The notes under the pieces were generated by a model. The model was given only the letters and a program-made list of their open reading frames with translations. It did no database searches and was not told the origin of the DNA. A stretch of DNA of 64,000 bases from Phoronis australis (Eukaryota > Animalia > Phoronida): positions 1 to 64,000 of the forward strand of contig NMRA01000856.1 of assembly GCA_002633005.1 (NCBI GenBank). The letters run 5' to 3'. The position numbers were made by a program, and so were the translations under genes. This document shows, one piece after another, positions 36,106-51,160 of this stretch. Every line of letters begins with the position of its first letter. Position 1 is the first letter of the stretch.

Positions 36106-39100
36106 CACAACGCCTTGTGATTGTCTCAGTTGTGAAATTACAATTGACAGTGTTTCTTCATCTGTGATCCAGCACCTTAGAAGAGTTTACTGTTGTTGAA
36201 TTTATTCATTGACGACAGTTCTTGCATTTGTTGCCAATCTCTATTTTTATCAGCACGTTACGTTACTTGTTAATACACTACTTTTTGTTTAAAATATGAT
36301 CTTGTTTTCTTAACAAAATTCTCAACAAAAAGCGATTCACGATATATTAATTCCACAAACTTTGTCATTTTCCGTTATTTAAAGTAAATTCGGAATTGTG
36401 AATATATGCAATTAACGGAGCTACTTTCCGTTTTAGTATTGACAAAAGTCATGTATTTTTCACTATAAGAGTTGAACAAAGCGGCCAAATGTGTGTGACA
36501 ACCCTTAAAACTTTTAGTCCAACGAGTAAGAACAGCGTCTTTACCTTCAAAAATACACAGTTTCACTGTCTTCTTCCTGATTAACTGCGATATCCTATTC
36601 AATTTCTAACAAAAAATGGCCTAACTCCGTCATTTAATTTTTTTTCTTATAAATATTATCCTTCCTGTATTGCTTTGTCATACACAGCTTTCAAGTGGCA
36701 ATTATTTAGTGGTTATTTTTTAAAGGACGGAAGTGAATTAGGTTATTTTATGCGTTTCATAAAACTCAAAGAGCTTTTCGTAATGATAAGTATTGCAGTA
36801 GGCCTACCAAAACTGAAGCGCCTAGTTGATCACTGATCATCGCCTTGTGGGCCAAATAAGACTCACTGCGCGCTAATGAAGGTATAATTATTTATTGACA
36901 AAGATTTCAACATTCAAATAAAACGATTATTTAGAAATAATAGATCGCTAGATTGTGCGTGAATTTTGCCAACAGTTTCTGCATGGAGTGTCTGTTTCCG
37001 TCCACCTACGTACACGCGTAGGTCTCACTGACGTCAAACTACCCTGTTCGATTATCTTCGAACTGTATTGTGAAACAACCGTGTTCATTCAGACACCGGT
37101 CTTTTTAGAACCAGAAATAAAAGATACTGATAAACGTCAGTTTTTGTCAACAGAACATTGTTCCAACACAGATCTCATTACAGGATCAGCCTCAAAATAT
37201 CACAACGTACGATTATTTGTTATTAAATCCTTTCAGAAATTGGCAACTCATTTCTCCAAATGTCATCTGTTGCTGGCATTCTGACGAGCTGTACGTCATT
37301 CCCACGATCTATATGAAACACGAAACTAGTGCATCTCCATGGAAAAGGCTAATTTTTGTAACTTATGAAGGCTCATACTATTTATTGTTTAGTAGGCGTT
37401 TTGTACGTATTTATCGAAACAAAACAAATCTGAGTAATTATTAACACAGTCGTTTAAAAAGTACTAGACAAAACCAACTGTAGAAAGAACAAATAAAAAT
37501 CGCACGCGCCTTTGATTAAAAATAATTGGTGCCACTGCTATTACGTATAATTATAGAGCATAATTATGATTACTTTCTTCTCAGTCACTTTATTTACTAA
37601 ACTAGTCATTCTGTCACTGTGATAACATACTATGCTGTATCCTCCAATTACGTCAAACGTGATCCATTAACAAGGTTAGCATGCTCACCGCTATGTTACC
37701 AAACAAAATGCCGAGTTTCACGACTTTTGTTTTCTGACAGTACAGACAGCCATAGAGCATTTCGCTCTGCACTTTGTTTGAAGCACGTGACATAACTGCA
37801 CGCAAGTTCCATGCACAGTAAGTCATGGAAAACCTACAAACTGTAGTAATAGTTTTCATTCGTGTTTTATAGACACCGCCACAATGCAGTTTATAATGCG
37901 TAGAAAAATATACCAACATGCATAAATATTCCAACAAAAATTCTAAGACAGCATTAGCAGCAGACATCTCGTGGAGTTCGGCAAACTTATTTTTGCTTTG
38001 CGGTTCGAGGCCCAAGTACTCGCCAGTAATTAGTCATGCAAGCGGTTGTCTAGGCTTTACCAAAACCGAGTTTGCATGAGGTGCACAACCCAAGCTATCA
38101 AGTAGTGTCATTATTATCGAGGGACAGACATATCGAGTCTTGGTCTGACTCTTCATTTTGTGTACGACAGAAGAAATAATTCACATCCTGAAATTAGGTT
38201 TCAAGTTTTTCTACCATTGTAGTACATTCGGTATGGAGACTATAAGCGGTAATTTGGCATGCCTCCGTCTCAAATTTATTTAATTATTTGCAAATTGAAA
38301 GTTTTAGTCTTCCGAAAGTGCAAAGCTCGAACCCGCTATTTTTAATCTCGTTCAAATTTGGTGAATGAACGATTGGGTGATTTAGAGCGTGCCAGCAACA
38401 GCTTTACGGACATTGTTGGTCATGAAGACGTGGGATCAACTCACTGCGGCCACGATGAAATGCGTCCCGTGTTTGGCTTAATATTGACAAAACATGAGGA
38501 TAACACGTAAGTATGACGATGTTATTTTAGATAAACTTGGATAATTTGAGAAGTTATTGTGGATTGTGACGTGTTCGAAACGTTTTCGGCACCTGACCCA
38601 TTCGGTTTTGAAAACAGGTCACTGGTCTCATCAGAACTTGGCTCGGCTCATGGTATATAATACTCGTTGGTAAACATGAAAGGGTTACAGCAGGTGTGAA
38701 ATAGTTTGAACTTCTAGTACTCATTTTAACACCAGTATGCAAAGAAATGAAACATATTTAACATTGGTTTTCACGGTCCTCTATTTTACCGTATAAAAAT
38801 ACTTGTAGTTTTCTCTAAGCGTAGCCGTCGCAGTGTTGGAGGCGATTTATATGGCATGGAGTAAAGAACAACACGTTCTAACTCTGAACCTGTTGGATAC
38901 TGCTTATTTCATAGTGAGAATACCAACCAAGCCGATATTGTACAAATCCGTGTTATGTTCAACAATGATTTCAATGGACGCACAATGATCAGTGTTTACA
39001 GTCTGTAGCGCGTATTCACGTGAACTATTTGTGTATTTCATTGTAGAGGTAACGACAATATTTTCGTAGCATTAACAATGTATTTAGAAGTAAATAAATG

Positions 39101-42100
39101 CCCACCATTTTAGCATTCATCGCCTGATTCATCGGAGCAGTCTAATCGGCCCCATGTTTGCCAACTGCACGAGCACTAGGAAGACCTACAGCATAGTTGA
39201 CCGTAATAGAAAGGAAGGCAAAACATATTGAAATGTTTGAGATGTTTGACTGGTGTTGCAATATTGGGACAGAAATGAAAATTGATTCTGAAACACACAA
39301 GCGTTTCACATCATGACCGAAAAATAGAACTACGCTAAATTTGTGAAACATTGTAAACAATTTTTGAAAACCATAATCTGCTACGTTTTTTGTAGTTTTG
39401 AATTTAAATTCAATATGACTATGATTTAAGCCACAGTATTGTGAAAATACAATTACTGTATATTTGTCCAAAAAGAAAGCGTGAAAATTATTTGTTTTTA
39501 TACTGTAAAGTAAATATATATTTTAGTAAATACATTTTTAATGTGTGTATCATTTTCTGAAGTTCTGAGGAACCCGTATGATAACGGCATGCTATTATTT
39601 TTAGCGTGTAGACTAGCCAGCAAGTGGACTTTTATCTTGTGTTTTCATTTGAATAGCGAGAGAAAGATAAGACGCGAATCTGGTATAAATATTTAGGTTT
39701 TCAATAGATTCACACCGACACTTCGTGCCTCGTTTGATCAAGTGTTTAGTAGTCTTTGTACGCTCTTCATCACGCCATTCCTAATCTCGTCTTGAAGAAA
39801 AGACTCTTCGAGAGAAAATTTCCCCTAAAGCAAGAGTCCTTAAGACCAGTAGCGCTTTAAGTGGTTATCAAGGGTTTGAATTAAATGACACATATCGATA
39901 TTTATTTGCCTGTCGCTTCTGTTGCGCTTCATTGTTCACTCTCACCGTGGAGATTAGTTTTCAAAACCTGTTGGTAACAAGACAACCATTCATTTCTTTA
40001 GATCTGTCAACAAAAGAAACATGCCGGAGACGTGTTCCTTTATTATCCTTGAATTGTAATATAATATTAATGTTTATCTTATCAATACAAACGGGTGCGT
40101 AAACACTCAATTTTTCGCTATTTGTTGAATTTAAATACAGGTATCTGTGAATAGGACAAGATCTTGAATCCCGATAAAGCAAGCAGGTTTGGAAACAACG
40201 CTCATGCCTGACTGGCTTAGTTAGTTGTCTTTTGTGCTGGAGGGCAGGTGGCGGGGATCTGTTTGCTTTTATAGGACAGGGACACGGCAAGCGGAGAGAA
40301 AAAGATAAAAAGAAAGAAATGGCGTGAAATTTATCTTGGATGTACATCATTTGTTACTCTAGCTGCCTTTCTTGTCTGTCTGAATAAAATTCGTGTTTTT
40401 GAATATCACCCGTGTCCATGCTCCAGCGTATGGCCTACAGCGCCTCTGAGTCACAACTCTCTCGTCTAGTTTGTTCCTACTTTATGCATAACCAGACCGC
40501 AAAAATAGTTTGCTTTCAAAACGCTAAAAAACACAAAAACAATCTTATAAACGCAAAGTTCATTTCTAGATTCACGATATGATTGGTAACGCTTTCAGAA
40601 AAAGTACAATGTTGTAGAGGACTTTCATGTGTTGGTGTAAAACAGTTAGCAAGTTTTTAAGAATTGTCGTCATCACTGGTATTTATTATATTCCTGTCGT
40701 ATGTTTTGAACTTAATGCTTTTCAGGAAACAGTATTTTGCAAATTAGCTGGCGGTCATTACAATTAAGATGCCAAATAACGTTGTTCTCAGGTTATATGT
40801 GGGACAGGACGTATTGTTACCTTTTGACGTCGTTCAACTGTTCCTTAGCAATAAGGAACACAAGTTAATTGAAGTTATTACGACGCACATAATACAATGT
40901 TGTTACAAATCAGTCAATATACATTGGATGAAATCAGTTCATAAATGTAAACACGGCAGTCGGGCCACCATGTAAGCTGTGGCGATATTGAATAGTTATA
41001 CGGCTAGTGGCTGTTTATTTAATTCCACGGGTTATTGGGGGTTTTCTAAACGACCTGTGTATTTAAGACGAGTTTTAGCACATTTTGTTTGTGCTGAGTA
41101 CAGTACAACAGAGACCGATGTCAAAGGTCACGACGGACTCCCACGGGGCACCTGCGAATGTGACCCACGTAGACTGGAACTGTTGTTCAGATCAATACAG
41201 TCGTGTTTAATGTTAGTAAACTGCATAGATTGACACTTTTTGAATGATCAAAACACTGTTCTGTTTTGATACAACAAAACTTAGAGTTGAATATTGACGA
41301 AAGCACTCCGTTGATAAAATAAATATTAGCATTGTGTCCATATTGTGGATTAAGCATAATGGAGAGGTTTTATAACATGTTAGCATAAACGTTTAGTGTA
41401 AACAAAACTTTTGTTGGGCTAAGAGTTGCAACTATTTAATATGATATGCTTAGAGGACAACATAGCTTATTGATAAATATGTGTAAGAATGCGGCGCAAC
41501 AACGGTTTAAATATATAAATGACTGAGATATATCCCGTATAAACATACTGATCATATAAAAGAAACACGTAGTTCACTGCGTATTTGCTCATATGTTTAT
41601 GTTCGGTTAGTATAAATAGTTATATATTTTACATGGGAATAATTTCACACGGTGTTTAAGTTTCCAGGCACAATAACGTGGAGTGCACGGACTAAAGAAA
41701 TTACTAATTACCATTTGACCGAAAACGCTATATGTTCTTTGCCTCCAGCCGACGCATAACCTAATATTTACAAAATTAATATTGCCTTTGCTCATGTCGC
41801 GAGCTTATTTGTCCATGTGATAAATTTTTAAATGATCTGAATGAGAATGAGCTGTTTTAACCATCGACTTAAAGCGTGCACGTGATCTTGATTAAAGGGG
41901 TCCTCGAACAAAATTCAACTTTCGAGGACACAAATTATACTGCTTGCCCGTCTAGTTCCAAATTACGAAATAAAACCCTTTGATTACGTACACATAAACA
42001 CCATGCGCCTCATCTGCAATTTTCTGAGTCTTTTGTCCATGAGGATTTAAGTGCCTTCTTACTTATTTCGATGCAGTTTTATTGGGGACTTCATTCTAGA

Positions 42101-43527
42101 TGACCGGTAAATGTCATTTTGTAAGAAAAATTATCATTGATCAGTTATATGGTGAACATTTTTATTTTAAAAAGCGTAAATATTTACTTGTGAATAAAGT
42201 GTAGCGAGAACTCAAAGCACACACGTCGACTGGTTGGTTGGCTGTTTGTTGATTGATTGGTCGAATGACGACTTTTCTTAATTTGCATTTCTTTCGAGAC
42301 AATTTCAAAAATCTTTGTCTTTTTAGCTTCACATTTTGATTTCCGAAGTGTCAAAATTAAAAATAGTAACCACAGTACTGTGGGTACATTTGCACAGTTT
42401 CAAAAAATTAAACGTGACATGTCACCCAGACAAGTTAGGCAGTTAAAATATTTCCCTGTCTACAAATAGTACCATAACAAAATATGACAGAAAATAATAC
42501 ATTAAAATAAGTATGTAATTCTGTATCGATGCTTGTTTTTTGGTGCCACTCGACTTTTGACTAGTTTTATTTTCATGTCAACATTGAGATTAGTTTCGAA
42601 ATACAATTCACACACACTTTACAGCAAAGTATGTGCCTTACTGTTGAAAATTTTTTACATTTTTAGAATAATAATAATTTAAAACTTTCGAGGCGTCTTG
42701 AACTATTTGAGTAATCTGGCTGAAGTAAACAGAAGATAAACACATCCTTACGGACTGATTTATTAGCCATTTTTGACATTTTTACAGCTTTGTAGCATAA
42801 ATATTGGTCATATAAACACCAGCTCAAATTTGCAACACGGGTGCCGTGCCAGTTTTTCTAATATGAAAAACCAAGTTTGCAACATTTTTTAACAATTAAA
42901 AGTTTGAAATTCGCGAAAGCACCCGACACGTCACTTCCTCACACATCACTACCTGTACGTTTATGTAGTATCAGTTTGTCAATAAACTCGTTTTAGGAAT
43001 GTGGTAGGTTTTCAATGTACACGTATTAACCACGACAACCAAGAGAATGAAGTAACAGACCACGTTGTTGACAATACAAACAGAAACACATGGTTTACTT
43101 TCTTAAGCAAATCATCATTAACGGCACATATCGCACTGTCAATAGAATAAAATCTTAGAGAGTGTGTCTGCACCCTGCCTCCTGCTTTACAATCACATTT
43201 AGACCAAAGCGACCTTTCTTTCCACCACCTCGACCTGTAATTTATGACGATTAATTAGACTCAGTTTTTCGTTTGTTTTCTCTGTTCTGTTTCAAGTCGA
43301 CATGTTTATCCTCACAAGAGGTGTCTACCACGGGATTACTCATGGCTTTAAATAAACAGTTTATGTATATTTCAGCGGTTCAAGTGGTAAATTTCGATTA
43401 AGCCCAACCTCACATGGGGCACCTCTTATCACGGAAAATTCTAGACGTAAGTGAGTGATTACTCCACATAAGAGTAATGTATTTCGTTATAAAGTGACCG
43501 TTTTGTATTGTTGAAATATAAACAACT

Positions 43528-44142
43528 TTAAAAGTGTACCCAAAATATTGTCATTTGTCAGCGGGATATAGTGACCAGGTTTTGTCGTTTAATGGCTTGT
43601 GGGTATTTTAATAGGATTTATTGAATTTGTCCGACATTTATCCCAGCTTAGAGCTGCAGACGACATTCAATCCTTGTTGGCGGGAATCCCTGTCGAACAT
43701 AATGACACCAGCACGCTCCCGCTGAGTGCTTGTGTTTGGTGTTAGCAACATACACAAAATCTGGCTATTTTGGTTCTAAATTGATGCTTACAAAATTTGA
43801 TTGCACATTAAGTTAAACAATACGCAACTATGTATAATGACAATCGTAAATTATTTCCTGTACCAACAATACCAACTTCGAAATATATGTATTGTGTTTC
43901 TGCTAGAAATTAACAAATTGTGTAGTTCTTTTCGTATCTATAAATTTGTGTGCATGAAAATTCCAACTTGCGATAGTTATATTTTCCAATTAACCACAAG
44001 GTCTGAGACAAAATATGCAAAAAAATCCCAGCAACGACACTGCCAGTCCTTCCAATATGTTGATCGTGTAAGAGAAATATAGATTTTACCGCTGAAACAC
44101 AACGCATTTCTGGGATTATAGTTGAATGGGTGTACACTTTAA
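43528..44142. mobile_element. Possible Kolobok-like MITE
   Basis: ttaaaagtgtaccca / tgggtgtacactttaa. The right end tgtacactttaa is identical to the right end of the 47726-48696 element. Confidence 0.45.
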
Positions 44143-44302
44143 GTCATCCAGACACATCAAGTACGCCGTGTTGTTGCAATTTTAATACAAATCGACAATT
44201 CTCGACGTTCTGTCTGCCAGACATCAAGACAGGTGATTTCACCAGTTACCATTAAATCTGTGTCTATTATTTTGCGCTGTAGTATTTTACGATGTACGTG
44301 AA

Positions 44303-44560
44303 TGGCCTTGTATTCCCATTTTGAACTTGCATTAGAGCTAGAAATTCGAGAATTAACTCAAAATAGCGAGTTTTTACTTGAGTTTCTTGGTCTAATCTAG
44401 GGGGCATCGAGTTGTAATTTGTCCAACACAGTGGTTACGTACTCCAATATACTCAGGCACAGAATGATAGATAATTATCTCGAGTTCGCATTAGAGGAGA
44501 ACGGTAAATATCAAATATATTTTCAAGTTCGATTTCTAGTAAACAGAGTGCATGCCGAGC
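44303..44560 (+). mobile_element. Diverged partial copy of the 14.3-kb palindromic MITE
   Basis: ttatctcgagttcgcattagaggaga..aaatatattttcaagttcgatttctagtaaa resembles 14578-14650. Confidence 0.4.
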
Positions 44561-47500
44561 CCACGTAGCGGCGGCACGTTACTTTCAAATTTCCCTTGGA
44601 AAAATGCTTTAGCACAATATGTATTGTCAAAACAAACCTCCACTTAAATAAATTAAAATTTCCAAAAACTTATATTACCGCGGGTGAGTTGTTGAACATG
44701 ACATTGGCCTATTTTACTGCCTACAATGTATTCACTCGCCGAAACCAATTTCGCCATATTGACAAAGACCAGGGTATTTTGCGTCCGGGCTGGTACAGTA
44801 CTTCTGGCACAGAGACGCAAGGAACTCGCCGAAATGAAAAACCACCAGCGTTAAAGGCGAGTGTTTCAGTTTCGATTATTCTCGGGACTTCGCCAGCGTA
44901 TCTTTAGAAAATGGTGCTCAATGACTAATCGGTGAGGTTGAACGTAGATTATGGGATAAAATCATTGTTTCCGTTCCATAAACGAAGATTACTCTAAGAA
45001 AACTAGTGCTTCGCGAGTTTCTTGGGTCAACGGAACGCAGCGCAAAATTCGTTCATCACGACACGACATGTCATGAAAACGCGTCAGCATTTCGTGTTTT
45101 GCGCCAGCCGGGTTAATTTAAGAGTGCCTGCCATATACATGCTCTGCAAAATTGACATTGATAAAGAATGAGAGCTGCAACCCATTGGTTTGTGTCCGCT
45201 CAAAATACGAAAGAAAACAAACAACCGTCTATCATCGTCGTGTGGAACTATCGACCCTCTAGCATGAGATCAAATAGACGTGTCACAACTGGTTTAAAAT
45301 ATCATGGCCGAACTTTGTCATTTTTTTATACTACTAATAACGTTGGTATTAAAGGAAGTAGATGGACCTTTTAGTTTTTGGATATAACTGAACAGACACT
45401 GTCAGTCTGAATTTCATCCAAAATGATAAGCTGAGAATGCGTCGAACTCCTGTATTACGGAATGAAAATATATTTTTTTTATTCAAATCTGTAGTGTGAA
45501 GGTTTTCACCATGTAAGTTCAACTGTTCACAACTACAAAGCACCGACACATGTCTAGTTTAGTCTTTCCATAGAATTCAGCAAACGGCCCTCAGTTTAAG
45601 TATGAAGTTCCTTTTAAACGCTTTTTTCTTGTTTTTACGATGTTTCTACCCACCTGGTTGCTAACAGAACCGGCTACTTATGTTTGCGGCGAGCAGTACA
45701 CCTGTACAAGAATTAAAGTGTTTCTAAAGAAAAAGAAGTTGATCTTCAGCACAGTTTTGTTGAATGACATCAGAACAGTTATTCAAATAGCCAAATACCG
45801 ATTAATTCTGCCATCGGATACGACGTCACTGTAAAGACGTTCTATTTCGATTTCAATGTGACTTCCAAAACGTCACTGCAACCAACATGCCCGTCGAGCA
45901 CGAGGGAGATATTTTCAACCTCCGCCAGTGGACACGTTTAATATCTGCATTCACTAGAAATAATATCCAGGAGTGTTTGATTGGATATATCAAACAAACA
46001 GCCACACTTGTTAGGCACCGCATACTTCACAATTATCGTGATTATTGAAACGAATAATCATCGAATTTCTCTGTAGAGAGAACTTAATTACGTGTTTTCG
46101 GAGGCCAGCTTATCGCTGGAAAATTACTGTCACCCTATACTATGGCAAAATATTGAAAAATATTGATAATTCTCAGAGCTATTATCACAGTAGTAAAATT
46201 ACAGCTCTATTAAATCCCCATCAACCACTGTCGTAGCAGTGACTAATTACAGTGTTACATATCCAGGTTTTTGTTTGCTCGACTCATTATAGCCTGGTGT
46301 CGAATATATCATTTTAGAAAATTACCAGCGAAGATAAATATAATGAAGTTGCTGCGACAAGTTTCCCAGGGCAACCGCGTGTTGGCGATGACACTGTTAT
46401 TGTGGTTGATCAGAGAACTGACAAATGATGAAGTCGAAGAATATTAGTTTTCCTCGTCGTCAGAATTAACTGAAAGGAACGGGCGTGTAATGTTTTAAAG
46501 ATTTTCTGCGATTTTCAAAAATCTGGCTTTGAAGACGGAGGTATTTGGCTTTATATATTTGGAAACTTTCTGTGATGGATGAGGCAATGCAAAAATAAAT
46601 TTTGATCCCTTTTTGACACTAACCCCTTCCACCCATTTTGAGAATCGAATAAGTACATCAATCGACCGATTGTAAACATTTCGTGAGTCATAATCCTCCG
46701 TTTGTACTTTCCTTATTGAATTTTTCAAGTTATCCAAACGGAGAACAGAATCTGTGGACCCCAAAAACTTCTCGTTCAAAATATGCACTTTTGAATTGTG
46801 TTTTGAGTTGTATATAATATATATGGCGACGATGATGAAGTTCGTAAGTACTAAAATGCAATGGGAAAGCCATTTCAAAAGTTTGTGTGAACAAACCTGC
46901 AATTTTGCAACATTTCCGAAAACAAATATACTCTAACTTTGAAGGTGAGTGTTGAACAAGAATACGTGGTGATCTGCTGATACAGACAGAATTGCAGAGA
47001 AGTGATGTAAGCATACCAAAACTAAGTTAGGACCTGAATCAACAAAAAAATAATTACTCCATGAAGCTGTTTTATATTTTTAAGCGGTAGTGGCAACATC
47101 AGCAGCGTTCTCATTAGCAGTATAACGACAATGGCCGCAGCAAAAGTAGCAACATTTTCGACTTAACACGAAACACGAAAACGTTCTCATTGTGGATTCT
47201 TTGAAATGATTTCGAAAATAAACTGCGGTTGTTTTGATTCTCTGTTTGGATTATTTGTAAACATTTGCTAGCCATAAATTGATGATACTTTGATGAACCG
47301 TCTAAGCCCGTGTTTGTGTGAAATCTGATCACGTAATCGCGAGCGTGAGGACAATTAGTAAATTTATCCTTTAATTGGAGACTTCCTCGGTAAACGAACA
47401 GTTGTGAAACGTGTAACAGACAGTCTCCAGTTAATGACAGAAAATTAACGACGTGTGAGGAAATGTGTTTGCAAAGCTAAATAATTTTCTCCTCATGTAA

Positions 47501-47933
47501 CTCAAATCAGGGTTTACTGCTTCATGTATATGTCGGTTGCTCAAATCTATATCTATATATCGTGAGTTTCTTCAACGCTGTAGCCATATAATACATTCAT
47601 GTAACCGGGGGCTTACACTAAAAACAAGTCATGTATAAGCACGCGCGCCTCTACGCAAAACACTTTATCAGAAACCGTGGTGATGTTTTTTTTCGAGTCC
47701 AAACGTTATCCAATAATTGTGGAGCTTAAACAGTACACACCATGGATTTTTGCACATTTTGAATTACCGGTGACCACAAACTAAATGTATGACGTAAAAT
47801 TTAGCTAAAACCATGTTTATTTTGTGTAATTAGCTCGAAATTTTGATTTTTCTTTTAATTTTGCCAATTTTCACATTTCCCGCCATGTGACGTCATGGGT
47901 TGAACACAAGAGATTAGTGACTAGCATTGAACA

Positions 47934-48176
47934 ATGGCGGAAAGCAGGGAATTTGAAAGCGACGACGATTATGAGCAAAAATTGAACAAATACTATGAAG
48001 AAACGTACGGGAATGGTGGCCAGGATGAGGAAATGGGATTGCACGAAAGCGAGAATAAGTTTAATGTGCTTCCGATTGCGTACTTTTCTACTTTGAGCCT
48101 TACGAACTGGATCCTCCCGCGAGAGAATCGGGCTCGGCGAGTCAACCCAGTCATCCAACAGACGATCCTGAACTAA
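47934..48176 (+). pseudogene. Truncated acidic ORF, probable N-terminus of the Kolobok accessory protein KolX
   Basis: acaATGGCGG start; MAESREFESDDDYEQK... then, after a frameshift, YFEPYELDP, reminiscent of the PYxFEP motif I associate with KolX-like proteins. Faces the THAP gene inside the TIRs. Confidence 0.4.
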
Positions 48177-48209
48177 GAGCTGATGTTTCTGAATGATAAA
48201 TATTGTCCT

Positions 48210-48448
48210 TTATTGAACCAGGCCTTCATCGTAACGTCTCTTGTGACTGGAGTCGAAACGCGAGTCCTCAAAGTGGGCAGAACACAGAGTGGCCCCGGAC
48301 CGAATCGCTTGGTCCACGATGACGTCCCACACTCTCGTTCGGCGCACGAAGCGATGCCACTTCTGCGCAACTTTGGTATCCTTCGGAACACCGAGACGTT
48401 CTCCGCCTGGCTACTGTTGCTGCAGCCTCCGGAAACACATCTTTTGAT
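48210..48448 (-). pseudogene. Frameshifted THAP domain (N-terminus of Kolobok transposase)
   Basis: KRCVSGGCSNSSQAENVSVF, then after a frameshift PKDTKVAQKWHRFVRRTRVW...LCSAHFEDSRF. All C2CH ligands and the conserved P, W and F residues of THAP are present. Confidence 0.8.
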
Positions 48449-50154
48449 CCCTCTACGAACCTTCTCGACGCTAAATATATTTTGCTCTCTCTTCACTCAA
48501 TACACTTTGCATAACTCTCTGATTCGAACAGTATGGCGAACGACTTGGGTTCAAGCCATGACGTTGTACATAATTATTATTTTTTTCAATTTTTGCGTGT
48601 TTCTTTATGAGCTGTGCACTAAAGGCACTGAAATCTAGTAAGATATAATAATAAAATTTATTTTGAGGTACAAGAGTCATGTTGTGTACACTTTAAAAGT
48701 CTAATATTTAGCTTCTTGACCGATGATAACGAAAACAGGGAACATTTACAATTAGCCTTAAAACAAATGACGCTACGATTGACCAGCACAACTTTGATTG
48801 ACGCTTTCGAATAATATTGGACACGTAATTCAGTGCATTTCTTCTGCCAAAATACAAATTACACCTTGATTAATATAATGAAAAGACATTCTGGTGCACA
48901 GCTTGAAAAAGGTCCAGAGGAATAGTTTAACGAATTCGTTCAAGAGTTAAAATGCGTTTAAAGTTCTTTGTTTTCTCCTCCATTGGCATAAACAAAACAA
49001 ACGCTCAGCGACGTCTATGTAGTCGTTGTTTCAAGCTCCTTGGAAGACTTTTTGGTTGGGAAGCGAACCAATTTGTTGATGTCACTGTGACGTGGTACCG
49101 CCAGCATTGTAGGGAGAAAGTCAGTAGCAAAAGTAATCTGAACAAAAAATTCAATACGATCTCAAAACTTACATATGATTTCTTGTGTCACCTTAAAATA
49201 CTGTTGTAGAATAAGAAACCGACACGATTTTTGTTGTAGTTCGACTGAAGAGGTTTAAACAAGCGTTATCGGTTTGATGGCCAAATAACAGGATCACCGT
49301 TGAATGGGACAGAATCGCGTACAGTTTTGTTTCATTGAAATGGTAGAGAATATATGTAGAGACCATGCTTGTTTTGGAAGCCGCCATTTGTTGGATTACC
49401 TGCTTCTTTCTTTGCAGTGCAAGAATGGACAGCAAATGAGTGTCGATTTTTACTTTAATTTAATGGTGTTTACATATCTTTCTCTCCGTTTTCAGCGGAG
49501 CATAGCACTGGCTGTAACAAAATGTTGAAAAGAAACTAAATCCTCTAAAATACAGTTACTATATGTAAATAAGTATAGCTATAATTAGATACTTTCTAAA
49601 AAGCTGCGTACGCACCAACGTTTATTGCGCTTGAAACATAATGAGTTCCATTCCACATACTGCTTGCGCGGCTCGTGGCACCGGGGAAACACAGCAGAAG
49701 TTTACTATATATTTCGATTATCCCCCCCACCTTCCGATCATTTCTTTATTTAGTGCCTTCTTTATGCCCCTGGGATAAACATGACCTCACAGCGGGCAAA
49801 TATTCCGTTTCAAGTCGAGTGGCTTTCATGTCAATCATCCCAGCCCATAACTTTAACAAATGATACACGAAACAGTTGTTAGAATTTGCTCTGCTATTGA
49901 TACACTGACTGTGTGAAATGACGTCATCACACACCGGTAGCTATGTGCTAGTTCTAACGCCTATACTTAGCCACTTGGGGCCGCGTTTTGTCTGTGATTT
50001 GACCGACCCCCTTTTATCTATTCCCTCGGGTCGTGATTTGAGTCTTGTGGATGTTACAGTGATGTAACCACGGCGATCAAATAGCAAGGTACAAACTGTC
50101 AATTTCCAGGCTTTTTAATATCAATTTACAGATGGTTCTCCGGTTGACCATTAG

Positions 50155-50324
50155 AAGTCCGTGGGTGGAATAAGTAAGGGCTTACCGGCGTGGGTGGACT
50201 TAGGGCGTACCAGCGATGTGGATCATTATAAGTCCATGGGTGGACTAAGCGCTTATACCAGCGATGTGGATCATTATAAGTCCATGGGTGGACTAAGCGC
50301 TTATACCAGCGATGTGAATCATTA
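50155..50324. repeat. 48-bp minisatellite (2.4 exact units plus degenerate units)
   Basis: cagcgatgtggatcattataagtccatgggtggactaagcgcttatac at 50211 and 50259, partial at 50307. Confidence 0.9.
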
Positions 50325-51160
50325 TTCGACTAGTCTTTTCGTTTGGTTTCTATGAAAAATCAACTCGCATGAGCTATTTTTTGTAAAAATAGAAGTCGTA
50401 TTCGTCTTTGTTACATTACGCAAAAACTAGGCCTTTATTTCGAAACTCCTAAAGTATAATATTTCTTTAAAAAATAAATCTGTTCCATTTACGTGACTAC
50501 AACCCTCTGAAGAACCGAAAGATTAATTCCTCAACAGGATCTATTTCGAGTTTTCTTTGATAGGCGGCCTTTGACGCACGTGGGCATCATAGCGTACACA
50601 ATGAAAGTTGTGACGATTTTCTCGATATTAAGGCCTTGTACTAATACCGTGTCATGGACGCCTTGATTATGTCAACTGGCCACATGAGGACGCTCATAAA
50701 AAAGTGAGGGCATCTCTCCCATTTTGCTTGATTTCTGAAGTATAATCAGCCCTCGACGGCTCTATTTTGGTTAGGTCGCTATGTGCGACTAGTGCGGCAA
50801 AATCCCAAAAACCTATTCTGGAATCCGACGACGACGTGGCCGCACGGCGAATTTTCAACTCGACAAGTTGCCACTGTAAACGCTCTTGATTCTAGACTTT
50901 CACCTGCTTTACGTCATTTTTTGTGCTGGTCACGAACAGATGCACAAGCTGGCACATCATTTGGTGATGACGTATACGCAAATTAGTTATTCATATAATA
51001 TGTCTTATGATAACACTGTGAGTATGAACATCGATTATTGGTCATCCAGAATGCCCTCTCTAAGTTCAGATTTTTTAAATCAACAAAGTAACAATTTTTG
51101 TTTTAAAGCATTTAAACAATTTAACTCTGGTATTGTTTGTGATTTAAAAAATTCGTATCA

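Larger units (their letters stand above)
47726..48696. mobile_element. Internally deleted Kolobok transposon retaining the 5' ends of both convergent genes
   Basis: ttaaACAGTACACACCATG / CATGTTGTGTACACTttaa (16/19 match, TTAA duplication). Contains a THAP remnant (-) and an acidic ORF (+). Confidence 0.7.

Noticed and set aside
50155-50355. 48-bp repeat as a CRISPR array or repeat-protein exon (TSDVDHYKSMGGLSAY)
   Set aside because: No unique spacers, only 2.4 units, and no splice signals; ordinary minisatellite.
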